Assembly: GCF_902713615.1 (NCBI RefSeq) | Contig: NC_052171.1 | Location: 9,984,245 to 10,048,244, forward strand | Direction: 5' to 3' | Origin: Scyliorhinus canicula | Taxonomy: Eukaryota | DNA length: 64,000 bases | In this document: positions 47,791 through 59,459 of the stretch, piece by piece | How positions within the stretch are numbered: position 1 is the stretch's first letter | Layout: every line of letters begins with the position of its first letter | Program-made: the position numbers and the translations under genes | Notes under the pieces: model-generated | Databases searched by the model: none | What the model saw: only the letters and a program-made list of their open reading frames with translations | What the model was told of the DNA's origin: nothing

Positions 47791-47909
47791 CTGATCGTAC
47801 AGCGGTGTGCCCCTGGCGACCAACGTGGGCATGGTGCCCGCCTGTGGGCAACAGCTGAGGTCCTCTGTGCACATCTCAGGGAAGAGGGAATGGAAGGTCT
47901 CGTAGCCAC
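47791..47909 (-). CDS. DUSP2: DUSP2 coding exon 2 (GGYETFHSLFPEMC...TPLYDQ)
   Basis: cag/gtgagg boundaries, 119 nt, in frame. Confidence 0.92.
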
Positions 47910-48188
47910 CTGCGAGAGAGAGAGAGAGAGAGAAGGTTAATAACCAGAATTGCACAAGGCATACGATCAATAGCAAGTCAGGCACAGGGGGAGGGCTGAG
48001 AGATGGCATTCATTGCAAAGGTTGACCCACCGTAATCAGATCTTGGTGGGTAGACTATAGATTAAGCTGATTTGCCCGTGAGCAAGCACTTTCACCTGCT
48101 GAGCAAGTCGTTTTTTAAAAAAATCAGAGCGTGCCTCTCGTATAATCGTTTGGATCTGTTTTCGAGGGGGGCCGGAATTGAGTCTTAC

Positions 48189-48555
48189 CTTTCAAGAAGC
48201 AGAGCTGCACTCTGCTGGTGTCCAGCTCAGCATTGAGGGTGTTGAGGACCAGCCTGGCTGTGTTGTCCCGACCGAGCGCAGCCAAGCTGGGGCTCCTGTC
48301 GTCGAACACCACCACCGTCCGGTAACGGCTGCAGCTGAGGGAGGCGCGGAGACTCTCCTCGGGCAGGATGCAGTCCAGGGCGATGGCTCCTTTCGAGCGC
48401 CGCTTCACGATGGTGTTACAGTACACGTTGCGCGACCCCCGGATGTGGGAGACGTTGAAACTCAAGAACGGGCGACAGTCCAGCAGGAGGATTTCTTCGA
48501 CCAGCAGCTTCACCAAGTGGCAACAGTCCACCTCCAGCGATTCGGTGGTCACCAT
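48189..48555 (-). CDS. DUSP2: Dual-specificity MAPK phosphatase DUSP2 (PAC-1), coding exon 1 (rhodanese domain, KIM IVKRRSKG)
   Basis: LLLDCRPFLSF...NTIVKRRSKG...LCFLK; donor gtaaga. The four exons sum to 921 nt = 306 aa plus stop. Confidence 0.9.
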
Positions 48556-48808
48556 ATTGCGATGAGGGGCACGACTTACAGTAGCAGATGAACAAAAACT
48601 TCTCTTTTATTCTATCCTGTGACGATTTCCCTCTCTCAAATTGACGAGTGGGAAGATATTCTTTGTTTCTGTTTCGAAAAAAAAAGTGGCTTTTTTCAAC
48701 AAAATTGTCATCAAATCCCATTCCCAACAATTATATTCAAGTCAGCTTTCTGGTGCTTGAAGAATTTAATGATTCGGTTCCAGTTACGGGTAAAATGATC
48801 TTTCTGCG

Positions 48809-49400
48809 CGGCGCAGTGGCGCGGTGGGTTAGCACTGCTGCCTCACGGCGCCGAGGTCCTGGGTTCGATCCCGGCCCTGGGTCACTGTCCGTGTGGAGTT
48901 TGCACATTCTCCCCGTGTCCGCGTGGGCTTCATCCCCACACAACCCAAAGATGTGCCGGGTAGGTGGATTGGCCGCGCTAAATTGCCCCTTAATTGGGGG
49001 GGGGGGGAGAATTGGGTACTCTAAAAAAAAAATTTAAGTAATCGTACAGAATTGAACATAGAACATAGAACTGTACAGCACAGAACAGGCCCTTCGGCCC
49101 TCGATGTTGTGCCGAGCAATGATCACCCTACTCAAACCCACGTATCCACCCTATACCCGTAACCCAACAACCCCCCCCTTAACCTTACTTCCTAGCACAC
49201 TACGGGCAATTTATCATGGCCAATCCACTTAACCCGCACATCTTTGGACTGTGGGAGGAAACCGGAGCACCCGGAGGAAACCCACGCACACAGGGGGAGG
49301 ATGTGCATACTCCGCACAGACAGTGACCCAGCCGGGAACCGAACCTGGGACCCTGGAGCTGTGAAGCATTTATGCTAACCACCATGCTACCCTGCTGCCC
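48809..49400. mobile_element. Two tail-to-tail HE1-type SINEs in the DUSP2 5' intron
   Basis: 48809-49030 (+) and 49054-49400 (-). Confidence 0.8.
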
Positions 49401-49772
49401 GTAAAATAAAAACACAGAACATTTAAAAATTCAATTGATCCCAGCACGTTGCAATAAAAGTGAAATTAAACTACATGGCAAATAAAGTTGAATTAAACTA
49501 CAATATCAGCAATTTAAGATAACTTCACGAATATTTACAAAACACAGAACATAGAGATTTGAGTTTGATCCCAAACGATTGAATTAAACTTAACTCTCTG
49601 TCCGGTGTATTTTTCTTTAAAAAGTAGCTAATCAATTTTCATTTCAGATTCAAGTTTGACTCCAAGGTTAACAAGCCCAAGTCTCTTTGTTAATTAAGTG
49701 ACAGCAAAATAGAGAGTTCAACGGGTCTTACAGAGCGTAAGTGAGTTAAGTTGCGACCTGGCAAATACTTAC

Positions 49773-50060
49773 GGTCAGTGCTGAGAGAGGAATGCACAGT
49801 TGGAGGTTAAATCCACTTGAATCCTTTTAGTTTCTTTGTGAGGGAGCTGCCTCTTGTCATTTTATACTGTCGGAGCCGGAACCCTTGCCAGCAGCTGCCT
49901 TATTAGGTCAGTGACGACACGGGGTGTCCCTCCCCCTCTCTTCTCTCCAAACAGGGAGGCACTTCGTCACTGCCCGTGGGCCCAGGAAACACCATTCAAC
50001 CACCCCCCCCCCCTCTCCGCTAATGACGTGGTAGGGGCTTTGGGAGGCGTGGCCCACAGC
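49773..50060 (-). promoter_or_regulatory. DUSP2: DUSP2 promoter (TATA, CArG/SRE, CRE half sites) and probable 5' non-coding exon
   Basis: TATAAAA at 49860-49866, CCGGAA at 49876, CArG CCTTATTAGG at 49898-49907, TGACG at 49912, 49965 and 50024. Donor CC|gtaagt at 49772; acceptor tttttttttcgaaacag at 48669. Confidence 0.7.
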
Positions 50061-50463
50061 CGACGCCGGCCTTGTAGCTTTTCTTTTGTCACATTTGGGC
50101 GCCGGGTAAAGCCCCCAGTGAATGTTGCCAAGAGGGTTTGCCCCTGTCCCTCCTCTCCCTTCCTTCTCTGACTGGCCGTGGGGGGGGGGGGGAATTTACT
50201 GGTGACATCCTCTGCTCGGAGTTCGACAACACCAATATAAAATAAAACAAAGGGCCCCCAAACGAGGGGGGGAGGGGGGGGAAGTGGTCGATTCGGCCCA
50301 TCGTTGTCGAAACCATTGTGTGTTCTTCTGGTCTCAGGCTCACTTACTCAGCTCCCCCCTCCCCCCCCCCCTCCCACCTCGATTTCCCAGAAAGGCTACT
50401 ATCCTGTCATAAAGTCATAGGGCTGGATTCTCCGATTTCCCGGCTATGTCCAGACGATACGTG

Positions 50464-51078
50464 GGGCGAAATTCTCCCAGAGGCCCGACGCCGTCGTGAA
50501 CCTCTCCAGGAAGCCTCGCCCGGCCCCCTATTCTCCCCTACCCGGGGGGATAGGAGGGCCGTGCCGGGAAACTCGGCCGCCGGGCCTTGTCGCTGGCATC
50601 AAGGCCCGGCACGCCGAAAATGACGCGGTTGACGCACCTAATGACGTCAGCCGCGCATGCGCAGTTTCGACGGCGCCAATCCGCGCATGCACGATTGCCG
50701 TCTTCCCCTCAGCCGCCCCGCAAGACGTGGCGGCTTGATCTTGCGGGGCAGCTGAGGGGAAATACTGCGTCCCATTGAGATGCCGGCCCGACAATCGGTG
50801 GGCACCGATCGCGGGCCTGTCCCCTCCCGAGCACGGCCGTGGTGCTCATTCCTTTCTAGGCCCCCGACAAGCCCCAAACGGGCATCTGACGGCGGTTTCA
50901 CGACGGCAGTGACCAGGTGTGGTTGCCGCCGTCGTGAAACGGTCGCGAACGGCAGGCCGCTCGGCCCATCCGGGTCGGAGAATCTCCGAGCGGCGTGTCG
51001 CGTGAGAGAATCGCGGGAGGTGCGGGAGCGGACCTCCCGCGATTCTCCCCCCCGGCGTGGGGGCGGAGAATCGCGCCC
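50464..51078. mobile_element. GC-rich PIF/Harbinger-like MITE nested in a related element (~50420-51590)
   Basis: Imperfect TIRs GGGCGAAATTCTCC / GGAGAATCGCGCCC; 3-bp TSD gtg. Related fragments at 1-230 and 43351-43720. Confidence 0.65.
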
Positions 51079-51911
51079 GTGACGTTTTACGTCAAAAAAT
51101 ATCGGTGGCGGCCCAGCACTGATCGTCCGGTGAGGGGCTACCAGGCGGAGAACAAAAGCGGCCGGAAGATGGCCGGGTCTGTGGCCGCGCGCGGACCCGA
51201 CCTGCCAGATAGTGTCCAACTGGACACCCCCCTCGCCACTCCTGGGCCACCCCCACCCACCGCCATCCCTCACCGAAGCGGTACGGCTCTCACCCGACTG
51301 TGGCGCCGCTAGACGCAGTCCGCAGCCACCATGCCGGGTTCCCGACCGTTGATGCCGAACGTTCCCCCGCGTGGTTGGGAACTCGGGCCATCGGAGGCAG
51401 AGCCTCGGGGGAGGGCCTCAGCTGACGCCCTGAGGTCTCCCAACGGCGTGCGGCGCGCTCCTCGATGATGCCATTTTGGAGCGGACGGAGCATCTGAAAA
51501 CAGGCGCCACCCCCGATTCCATCGTTAAAAAGGATTCTCCGCCCGATCACCAATTACAAAATCGCCGTCGGTGAACCAAGCGTTCCTCCCGTAGAGTTTT
51601 ACAGGAGAAATACACCTGGTACGACCCGTGCAGCCACCAGTTTGATCAACAGTAAAGGTTTGCCCATTCCCGAAGAAATGAACATGAGAACCTGAGAGGA
51701 GGAGGCCATTTGGCCCCTCAAGCCTGCCCCACAAGACCATACGATCATGGCTGATCTTGTGGGCCCCTGACTCTACTTTCCATCCCTGTCCCCTTTGACC
51801 TTCTTGTCAATCAGAAATCTGTCTGAATATATTCAGCGACCCACAGCCCCCACCACTCTCTGGGGAGAGCGAATTGCACAGACTGACCATCTTCAGAGAG
51901 AAGAAATTCCC

Positions 51912-52398
51912 CCTCTCTGTTGGCCATCTTAGTTCCTCCTCTCTGTCGGCCATCTTAGTTCCTCTTCTCTGTCGGCCATCTTAGTTCCTCCTCTCTGTCG
52001 GCCATTTTAGTTCCTCCTCTCTGTCGGCCATCTTAGTTCCTCCTCTCTGTCGGCCATCTTAGTTCCTCCTCTGTGTCGGCCATCTTAGTTCCTCCTCTCT
52101 GTTGGCCATCAGTTCCTCCTCTCTGTCGGCCATCTTAGTTCCTCCTCTCTGTCGGCCATCTTAGTTCCTCCTCTGTGTCGGCCATCTTAGTTCCTCCTCT
52201 CTGTCGGCCATCTTAGTTCCTCCTCTTTGGCGGCCATCTTAGTCCTCCTCTTTGGCGGCCATCTTAGTTCCTCCTCGCTGTCGGCCATCTTAGTTCCTCC
52301 TCTGTGTCGGCCATCTTAGTTCCTCCTCTCTGTCGGCCATCTTAGTTCCTCCTCTTTGGCGGCCATCTTAGTTCCTCCTCTCTGCCGGCCATCTTAGT
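51912..52398. repeat. 26-bp minisatellite (ggccatcttagttcctcctctctgtc), 19 units, containing a YY1-type motif
   Basis: Reverse complement of the unit core is AAGATGGCCG. Confidence 0.95.
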
Positions 52399-52739
52399 TG
52401 ATCCTGGTGACGGTGTCTAGAACAGGATGTGAGATTGAGGATAAGAACTCGGAGAACCATGGGAAATCTCTAGGACTGCAGATCACTACTTGTACAGGAA
52501 TTTGGGAAGAGGTTGGGAAGCTGATTAGAATGACGAATGTCTGAAATTAATGGGGGGGGGGCGGAGGGGAGTGATTAATGGTGAGCAGTTGGGGTTGATT
52601 GAGACATTAATTTGTTCCAACCCCCGCGTCAAATGATGAGGCGTGGATAGGCCGGTGAGGTCACGTTGAGTCACCTCATTCGACCTCGAGTAAGTGGTGA
52701 AACGTTGTCCTCTGACTGAGTGCTCACGTGTAGTTTTGT

Positions 52740-53067
52740 CATAGAATCCCTTCAGAGCAGAAGGAGGCCATTCGGCCCATCGAGCCTCCACCGACTCTCT
52801 GAAAGAGCTCCCTACCCAGGCCCACTCCCCCACACTATCCCTGTAACACCACTCTAACCTGCACATCCCTGGACACCAAGGGACAATAGATCACGGCCAA
52901 TCCACCTGACCTGCACATCTTTGGACTGTGGTAGGAAACCGGAGCACCCGGAGGAAACCCACGAACACACGGGGAGGACGTGCAGACTCCGCACAGACAG
53001 TGACCCAAGGCCGTAATCGAACACGTGTCCCTGGCGCGGCGAGGCAACAATGCTAATCTTCCCGTGC
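52740..53067 (-). mobile_element. HE1-type SINE
   Basis: Same head, core and tail. Confidence 0.8.
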
Positions 53068-54289
53068 CATCTCCCCCAGCCTCTGGGACCTCCGCCCTCC
53101 TCCAATTCCGGCCTCTTGAGCACCTCCGATGTTCTATCGTGTCGCCATTTGGCGTCCTCAGCTGCCTGGGGCGGCCTGGTTAGCACAGCAGTCAGCACTG
53201 TTGCCTCACAGCGCCAGGGTCCCAGGTTCGATTGCGGCCTTGGGTCACTGTCTGTGCCGAGTCTGCAGGAAGGTCCCCAAAGAGGTGCATGCGAGAGCTC
53301 GCTCTTCGAAGGCGCACGGACCAGAACCGACGCCTTTTGCGAGTCCCGGGGAAGGGATTCACGTTTGAACGTCTGTTTTCCGCTCCCCCCCCCCACCCCC
53401 ACCCCTCTCCCCCCACCTCCTCCCGGACGTTGATCTTCACTATTTCTGTTCTCAAGTTGACACTTAGACTACGTCAGGAAGGGAACACAGCGAGAGAAAC
53501 ACAAACAACACGTCACACACTTCCTGTGAAGTCCTCCTCGCGATGTTATGACACTCGATTGATGCAAACTGCTCCCCGGCTCTCTCCCCCCACCCCCCAC
53601 CCCCCCCCCCCCCCCCCCCCCCCCACCCTCCCGAAACTTGCAGTGCCAAGTTTTCCGCCCCATCTGATTCACCAATAACACCGCTTTCGACTGATCGAAG
53701 TGGAATAAAACACCAGCGTTCGAAACTTAAAGATACCCTCCACTCCCCTAACTCCGACTGCATGAAGGTCGAAAAAACCCCCCCTCAGGCAAAACATTGC
53801 GAGGTGGTGGGGGAAGGTGGGGGAGAGGGGGGGGAGGAAGGGGGAGGGGGGGTCACAAGAACCTGCTTCAGAAGACCAGCATTTTGAATGCCCACAGTGC
53901 AGAAGGAGGCCATTCAGCCCCTCGAGCCTGCACCGACCCTCTGAAAGAATACCCCACCTAGGCCCACTTCCCTGCCCTATCCCAGTAACCCCACCTAACC
54001 TGCGCGTCACTGGACTGTGGAGGAAACCGGAGCACCCGGAGGAAACATACAGGGGGGGGGGGAACGTGCAGACTCCGCACAGACAATGACCCAGAGGGGA
54101 ATCGAACCCGGGTCCCTGGCGCGGTGAGGCAGCAGTGCTCTGTGCCACGGTACAGGGCTCCCTTGCCAGTGTGTGGGTCCAGGAGGAACTCCATTGGCTG
54201 CAGGCTTGGCTTTGGGTCAGGCTTGTTGAAGTTACAGGCCGGGCCCCAGGGATGGGAATGGCTAAATTCAAACTGGGAATCTGGGCTCT

Positions 54290-57200
54290 CCACTGCCCAA
54301 CCCCCGCACCCCGCCAGCCAGTACCCCACTGCCCAACCCCGCACCCCGCCAGCCAGCACCCCACTGCCCAACCCCCGCACCCCGCCAGCCAGCACCCCAC
54401 TGCCCAACCCCCGCACCCCGCCAGCCAGCCAGTACCCCACTGCCCAACCCCGCCAGCCAGAACCCCACTGCCCAACCCCCGCACCCCGCCAGCCAGCGCC
54501 CCACTGCCCAACCCCCGCACCCCGCCAGCCAGTACCCCACTGAGCAACCCCCGCACCCCGCCAGCCAGCACCCCACTGCCCAACCCCCGCACCCCGCCAG
54601 CCAGCACCCCACTGCCCAACCCCGCACCCCGCCAGCCAGCGCCCCACTGCCCCCCCGCCAGCCAGCACCCCACTGCCCAACCCCGCACCCCGCCAGCCAG
54701 CGCCCCACTGCCCAGCCCCGCCAGCCAGAACCCCACTGCCCAACCCCCGCACCCCGCCAACCAGCACCCCACTGCCCAACCCCCTCCCGCCAGCCAGCAC
54801 CCCACTGCCCAACCCCCTCCCGCCAGCCAGCACCCCACTGCCCCCCGCCAGCCAGCACCCCACTGCCCAACCCCCTCCCGCCAGCCAGCGCCCCACTGCC
54901 CAACCCCCGCACCCCGCCAGCCAGCACCCCACTGCCCAACCCCGCCAGCCAGCACCCCACTGCCCAACCCCGCACCCCGCCAGCCAGCACCCCACTGCCC
55001 CCCCGCCAACCAGTACCCCACTGCCAAACCCCCTCCCGCCAACCAGCGCATCACTGCCCAACCCCCGCACCCCGCCAGCCAGCGCCCCACTGCCCAACCC
55101 CGCCAGCCAGTACCCCACTGCCCAACCCCCGCACCCCGCCAACCAGTACCCCACTGCCCAACCCCCGCACCCCGCCAGACTGCGCCCCACTGCCCAACCC
55201 CCGCACCCCGCCAGCCAGTACCCCACTGCCCAACCCCCGCACCCCGCCAGCCAGTACCCCACTGCCCAACCCCCGCACCCCGCCAGCCAGCACCCCACTG
55301 CCCCCCCGCCAACCAGTACCCCACTGCCCAACCCCGCACCCCGCCAACCAGTACCCCACTGCCCAACCCCGCACCCCGCCAACCAGTACCCCACTGCCCA
55401 ACCCCCGCACCCCGCCAACCAGTACCCCACTGCCCAACCCCGCACCCCGCCAACCAGTACCCCACTGCCCAACCCCGCACCCCGCCAACCAGTACCCCAC
55501 TGCCCAACCCCGCACCCCGCCAACCAGTACCCCACTGCCCAACCCCCGCACCCCGCCAGCCAGCACCCCACTGCCCAACCCCCCGCCAACCAGCGCCCCA
55601 CTGCCCAATCCCCCGCCAACCAGTACCCCACAGCCCAACCCCCCCCGCCAGCCAGCGCCCCACTGCCCAACCTCCGCCAACCAGTGCCCCACTGCCCAAC
55701 CCCCTCCCGCCAGCCAGCGCCCCACTGCCCAACCCCCTCCCGCCAGCCAGCGCCCCACTGCCCAACCCCCGCACCCCGCCAGCCAGCGCCCCACTGCCCA
55801 ACCCCCGCACCCCGCCAGCCAGTACCCCACTGCCCAACCCCCCCGCCAACCAGCACCCCACTGCCCCCCCGCCAGCCAGCACCCCACTGCCCAACCCCCG
55901 CACTCCGCCAGCCAGTACCCCACTGCCCAACCCCCCCGCCAACCAGCACCCCACTGCCCAACCCCCCCGCCAACCAGCGCCCCACTGCCCAATCCCCCGC
56001 CAACCAGTACCCCACAGCCCAACCCCCCCGCCAGCCAGCGCCCCACTGCCCAACCTCCGCCAACCAGTGCCCCACTGCCCAACCCCCTCCCGCCAGCCAG
56101 CGCCCCACTGCCCAACCCCCGCACCCCGCCAGCCAGCGCCCCACTGCCCAACCCCCGCACCCCGCCAGCCAGCGCCCCACTGCCCAACCCCCGCACCCCG
56201 CCAGCCAGCACCCCACTGCCAAACCCCCTCCCGCCAACCAGTACCCCACTGCCCCCCTGCCAACCAGTACCCCACTGCCCCCCGCCAACCAGTACCCCAC
56301 TGCCCCCCCACCAACCAGTACCCCACTGCCCCCCCGCCAACCAGTACCCCACTGCCCAACCCCCCGCCAACCAGTACCCCACTGCCCCCCACCAACCAGT
56401 ACCCCACTGCCCCGCCAACCAGTACCCCACTGCCCAACCCCCGCACCCCACCAACCAGTACCCCACTGCCCCCCTGCCAACCAGTACCCCACTGCCCAAC
56501 CCCCGCACCCCACCAACCAGTACCCCACTGCCCCCTGCCAACCAGTACCCCACTGCCCAACCCCCGCACCCCACCAACCAGTACCCCACTGCCCAACCCC
56601 CGCCAGCCAACCAGTACCCCACTGCCCAACCCCCGCCAGCCAACCAGTACCCCACTGCCCAACCCCCCCCCGCAAACAAGTACCCCACTGCCCCCCGCCA
56701 GCCAGCACCACACTGCCCAACCCCCCGCCAACCAGCACCCCACTGCCCAACCCCCGCCAACCAGTACCCCACTGCCCAACCCCCGAACCCCGCCAGCCAG
56801 TACCCCAATGCCCCCCGCCAACCAGTACCCCACTGCCCCCCCGCCAGCCAGTACCCCACTGCCCCCCGCCAACCAGTACCCCACTGCCCCCCCCGCCAAC
56901 CAGTACCCCACTGCCCCCCCACCAGCCAGTACCCCACTGCCCCCCGCCAACCAGTACCCCACTGCCCCCCGCCAACCAGTACCCCACTGCCCCCCCGCCA
57001 GCCAGTACCCCACTGCCCCCCCGCCAACCAGTATCCCACTGCCCAACCCCCGCACCCCGCCAACCAGTACCCCACTGCCCAACCCCCCGCCAACCAGTAC
57101 CCCATTGCCCAACCCCCCCGCCAGCCAGTACCCCACTGCCCCCCTGCCAACCAGTACCCCACTGCCCCCCCGCCAACCAGTACCCCACTGCCCCCCCGCC

Positions 57201-57397
57201 AACCAGTACCCCACTGCCCCCCCCACCAACCAGTACCCCACTGCCCCCCCGCCAACCAGTACCCCACTGCCCAACCCCCGCACCCCGCCAACCAGTACCC
57301 CACTGCCCAAACCCCCCCACACCCCGCCAACCAGTACCCCACTGCCCAACCCCCCCCCCCCCCCCCCCCCCGCCCCCCGCACCCCGCCAACCAGTAC
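54290..57397. repeat. ~3.1 kb C-rich minisatellite (ccccactgcccaacccccgcaccccgccagccagta, variable length)
   Basis: Tandem units; explains the very long ORFs on both strands. Confidence 0.95.
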
Positions 57398-58059
57398 TCT
57401 GGCTGCCAAGGAGAGAGAGAGCGAGATAGAGAGAGGGAGAGAGAGAGAGAGAGGCAGAGAGAGAGAGAGAGTTAGAGAGAGAGAGAGAGAAAGAGATAGA
57501 TAGAGAGTGAGAGTTAGAGAGACTGGACAACATGCCGATTGGTTTACAGGTCTGTTGACTGAGGCAGGAGGGCAGAAGTGGAAGATCCCATCCAGCGACT
57601 CTGTTCCGGACATTGTATCTGTCCCTCGATAGATCGAGGCCTCTCTGACAGAACAGGGCAGGGCATGACAGGCATTGATCTCACCGTGTTTCAGGAGAGC
57701 ATGAGAAATGGGATCAGGTGTGGCCCATTCGGCCCCTCGACCCTGCTCCGCCATTCAATACTATCGTGGCAGATCGTCCGCCTGAATTCAATTTCCCCCG
57801 CCTGCTCCCCATATCCGTTAGTCTCATGCGGGACCGAACATCGGCCCACCCCAGCCTTCAATATATTTAACCGTCGAGACTCCGCAATCCTCTGGGGTCG
57901 AGACTTTCAACGATCCACAACACAACATCTTCCATCGGGCAGGAGATACAGAAGTCTGAGAACACGCATGAACAGCCTCAAAAACAGCTTCTTCCCCGCT
58001 GTTACCACAACTCCTAAACGACCCTCTTATGGACTGAACTGATCGCCACACATCTTCTC

Positions 58060-58442
58060 TGAAGTGTTGGCTAGTGTAGACTTGAGAGATGTACAGACAC
58101 TTCCAACACTGATGAAGGTTCAACTCAATTTTATTAACTACTTCTAACTAACTGACACACGATGACTGTGGGTCTAAATGATGCTAACTTAAACTAGAGA
58201 CCTAAGCCTTGTCCGGACCAGTTGATTCCCTCAGCACGTGGTGAGAGTCTGTGCTGGGCTGGATGAGTTCCTGTTACACTGAGAGACAGCACCCAGAATG
58301 AGCGGGAACCGTGGTGCCCTCTGCCTTTATAGTGTGTGTATTCTAACTGGTGATTGGCTGCGGTGTTTGTACATGTTGATTGGTCCGTGTGTGTGTCCAT
58401 CAGTGTGTGTCTGCACCATGATATACTGGTGTATATATGACA
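58060..58442 (-). mobile_element. Solo LTR inserted in a Rex1/Babar-like LINE tail
   Basis: TG...CA termini and 5-bp TSD ttctc; minus-strand CCAAT boxes, TATAAA (58326-58331) and AATAAA (58130-58135). Confidence 0.8.
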
Positions 58443-59459
58443 TTCTCTACTGTGTAGTACTACACCCCGTATGCTTCACCTGATGTCAATGTATTTACAT
58501 TGTGTATTTATCATATGTCCTATCGTATTATCCAACCCTATTCAGTGAAGAAATTTCCCCTCACGGCGCCAAGGAACCGGGTTCAATCCCGGCCCCGGCT
58601 CACTGTCCGTGTGGAGTTTGCACATTCTCCCCGTGTCTGCCTGGGTCTCACCCCCACACAACCCCAAAAGATGTGGGTGGATTGGCGATGCTAAATTGCC
58701 CTTGAATTGGGAAAGAAAAAGAATTGGGTGCTCTAAATTTATTTCTAAAAAAAAGAGGCCTGGGTTGAGGGGAGAGTTTAAATCAGCCTGTGAATCTTAA
58801 ACTCATTCGATTCACGCTAAAAATCCAGGAGAGAAAGCTGGCGTCCATCTTGCTGATGTGAAAGTACGGGATTGTTAGGCTAATGGAGGGAAATGTACCC
58901 TCCATATACCCGGTCGGGCCTACTCGCGAGCCCAGATCCACAACAACCTCCGAAATGGCCCATGAGCCACCAGTACCAAACACGAGCAAATTTCTTCCTG
59001 TCAAGGCCCTGGGGGTTGTACTGATGAACTCAGAAGTAAAACCCACATCTCACTTCATGTTTTTTTGTTAAATCACGGGACATTCCCAGGCTGTGGCTAG
59101 GATAGAAAGTACGACTCAAACTTCTAGTTTCCCTTTCACAGGCCCTCGAATGACTCACATATCCCGGTATAGTCCTTGCAATCTTTGGTCTTCCCCAAGG
59201 TTTTCAGTTTTAGAAATCTTTACCAGTACTCTGACGTGTAAATCACCCTCGCCCACCCCTGATGATAAAAACAAACTCTGTTCCCACGGATTTTCTTCCC
59301 CCATTTCCTGGAAGGTTTTATATTCGTTGGGGTTTAAGCTGTGGTGATTCTGGCTTCTCGTCCCAGTGACGCATCGCAGCTACCACCCCAATCCCCTCCT
59401 CAGCTGATAGATGAACACAGAACGTTCAGTGGAGGAGTGGGTAGGTCGTGAATAGTGTG

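Noticed and set aside
50420-51590. CpG island upstream of DUSP2
   Set aside because: Explained by nested GC-rich TIR elements with a 3-bp TSD rather than a native promoter island
53669-57754. 1361, 1191, 1122, 779 and 581 aa ORFs
   Set aside because: Stop-free reading of a C-rich minisatellite in multiple frames on both strands, running into a SINE; no domain or splice structure
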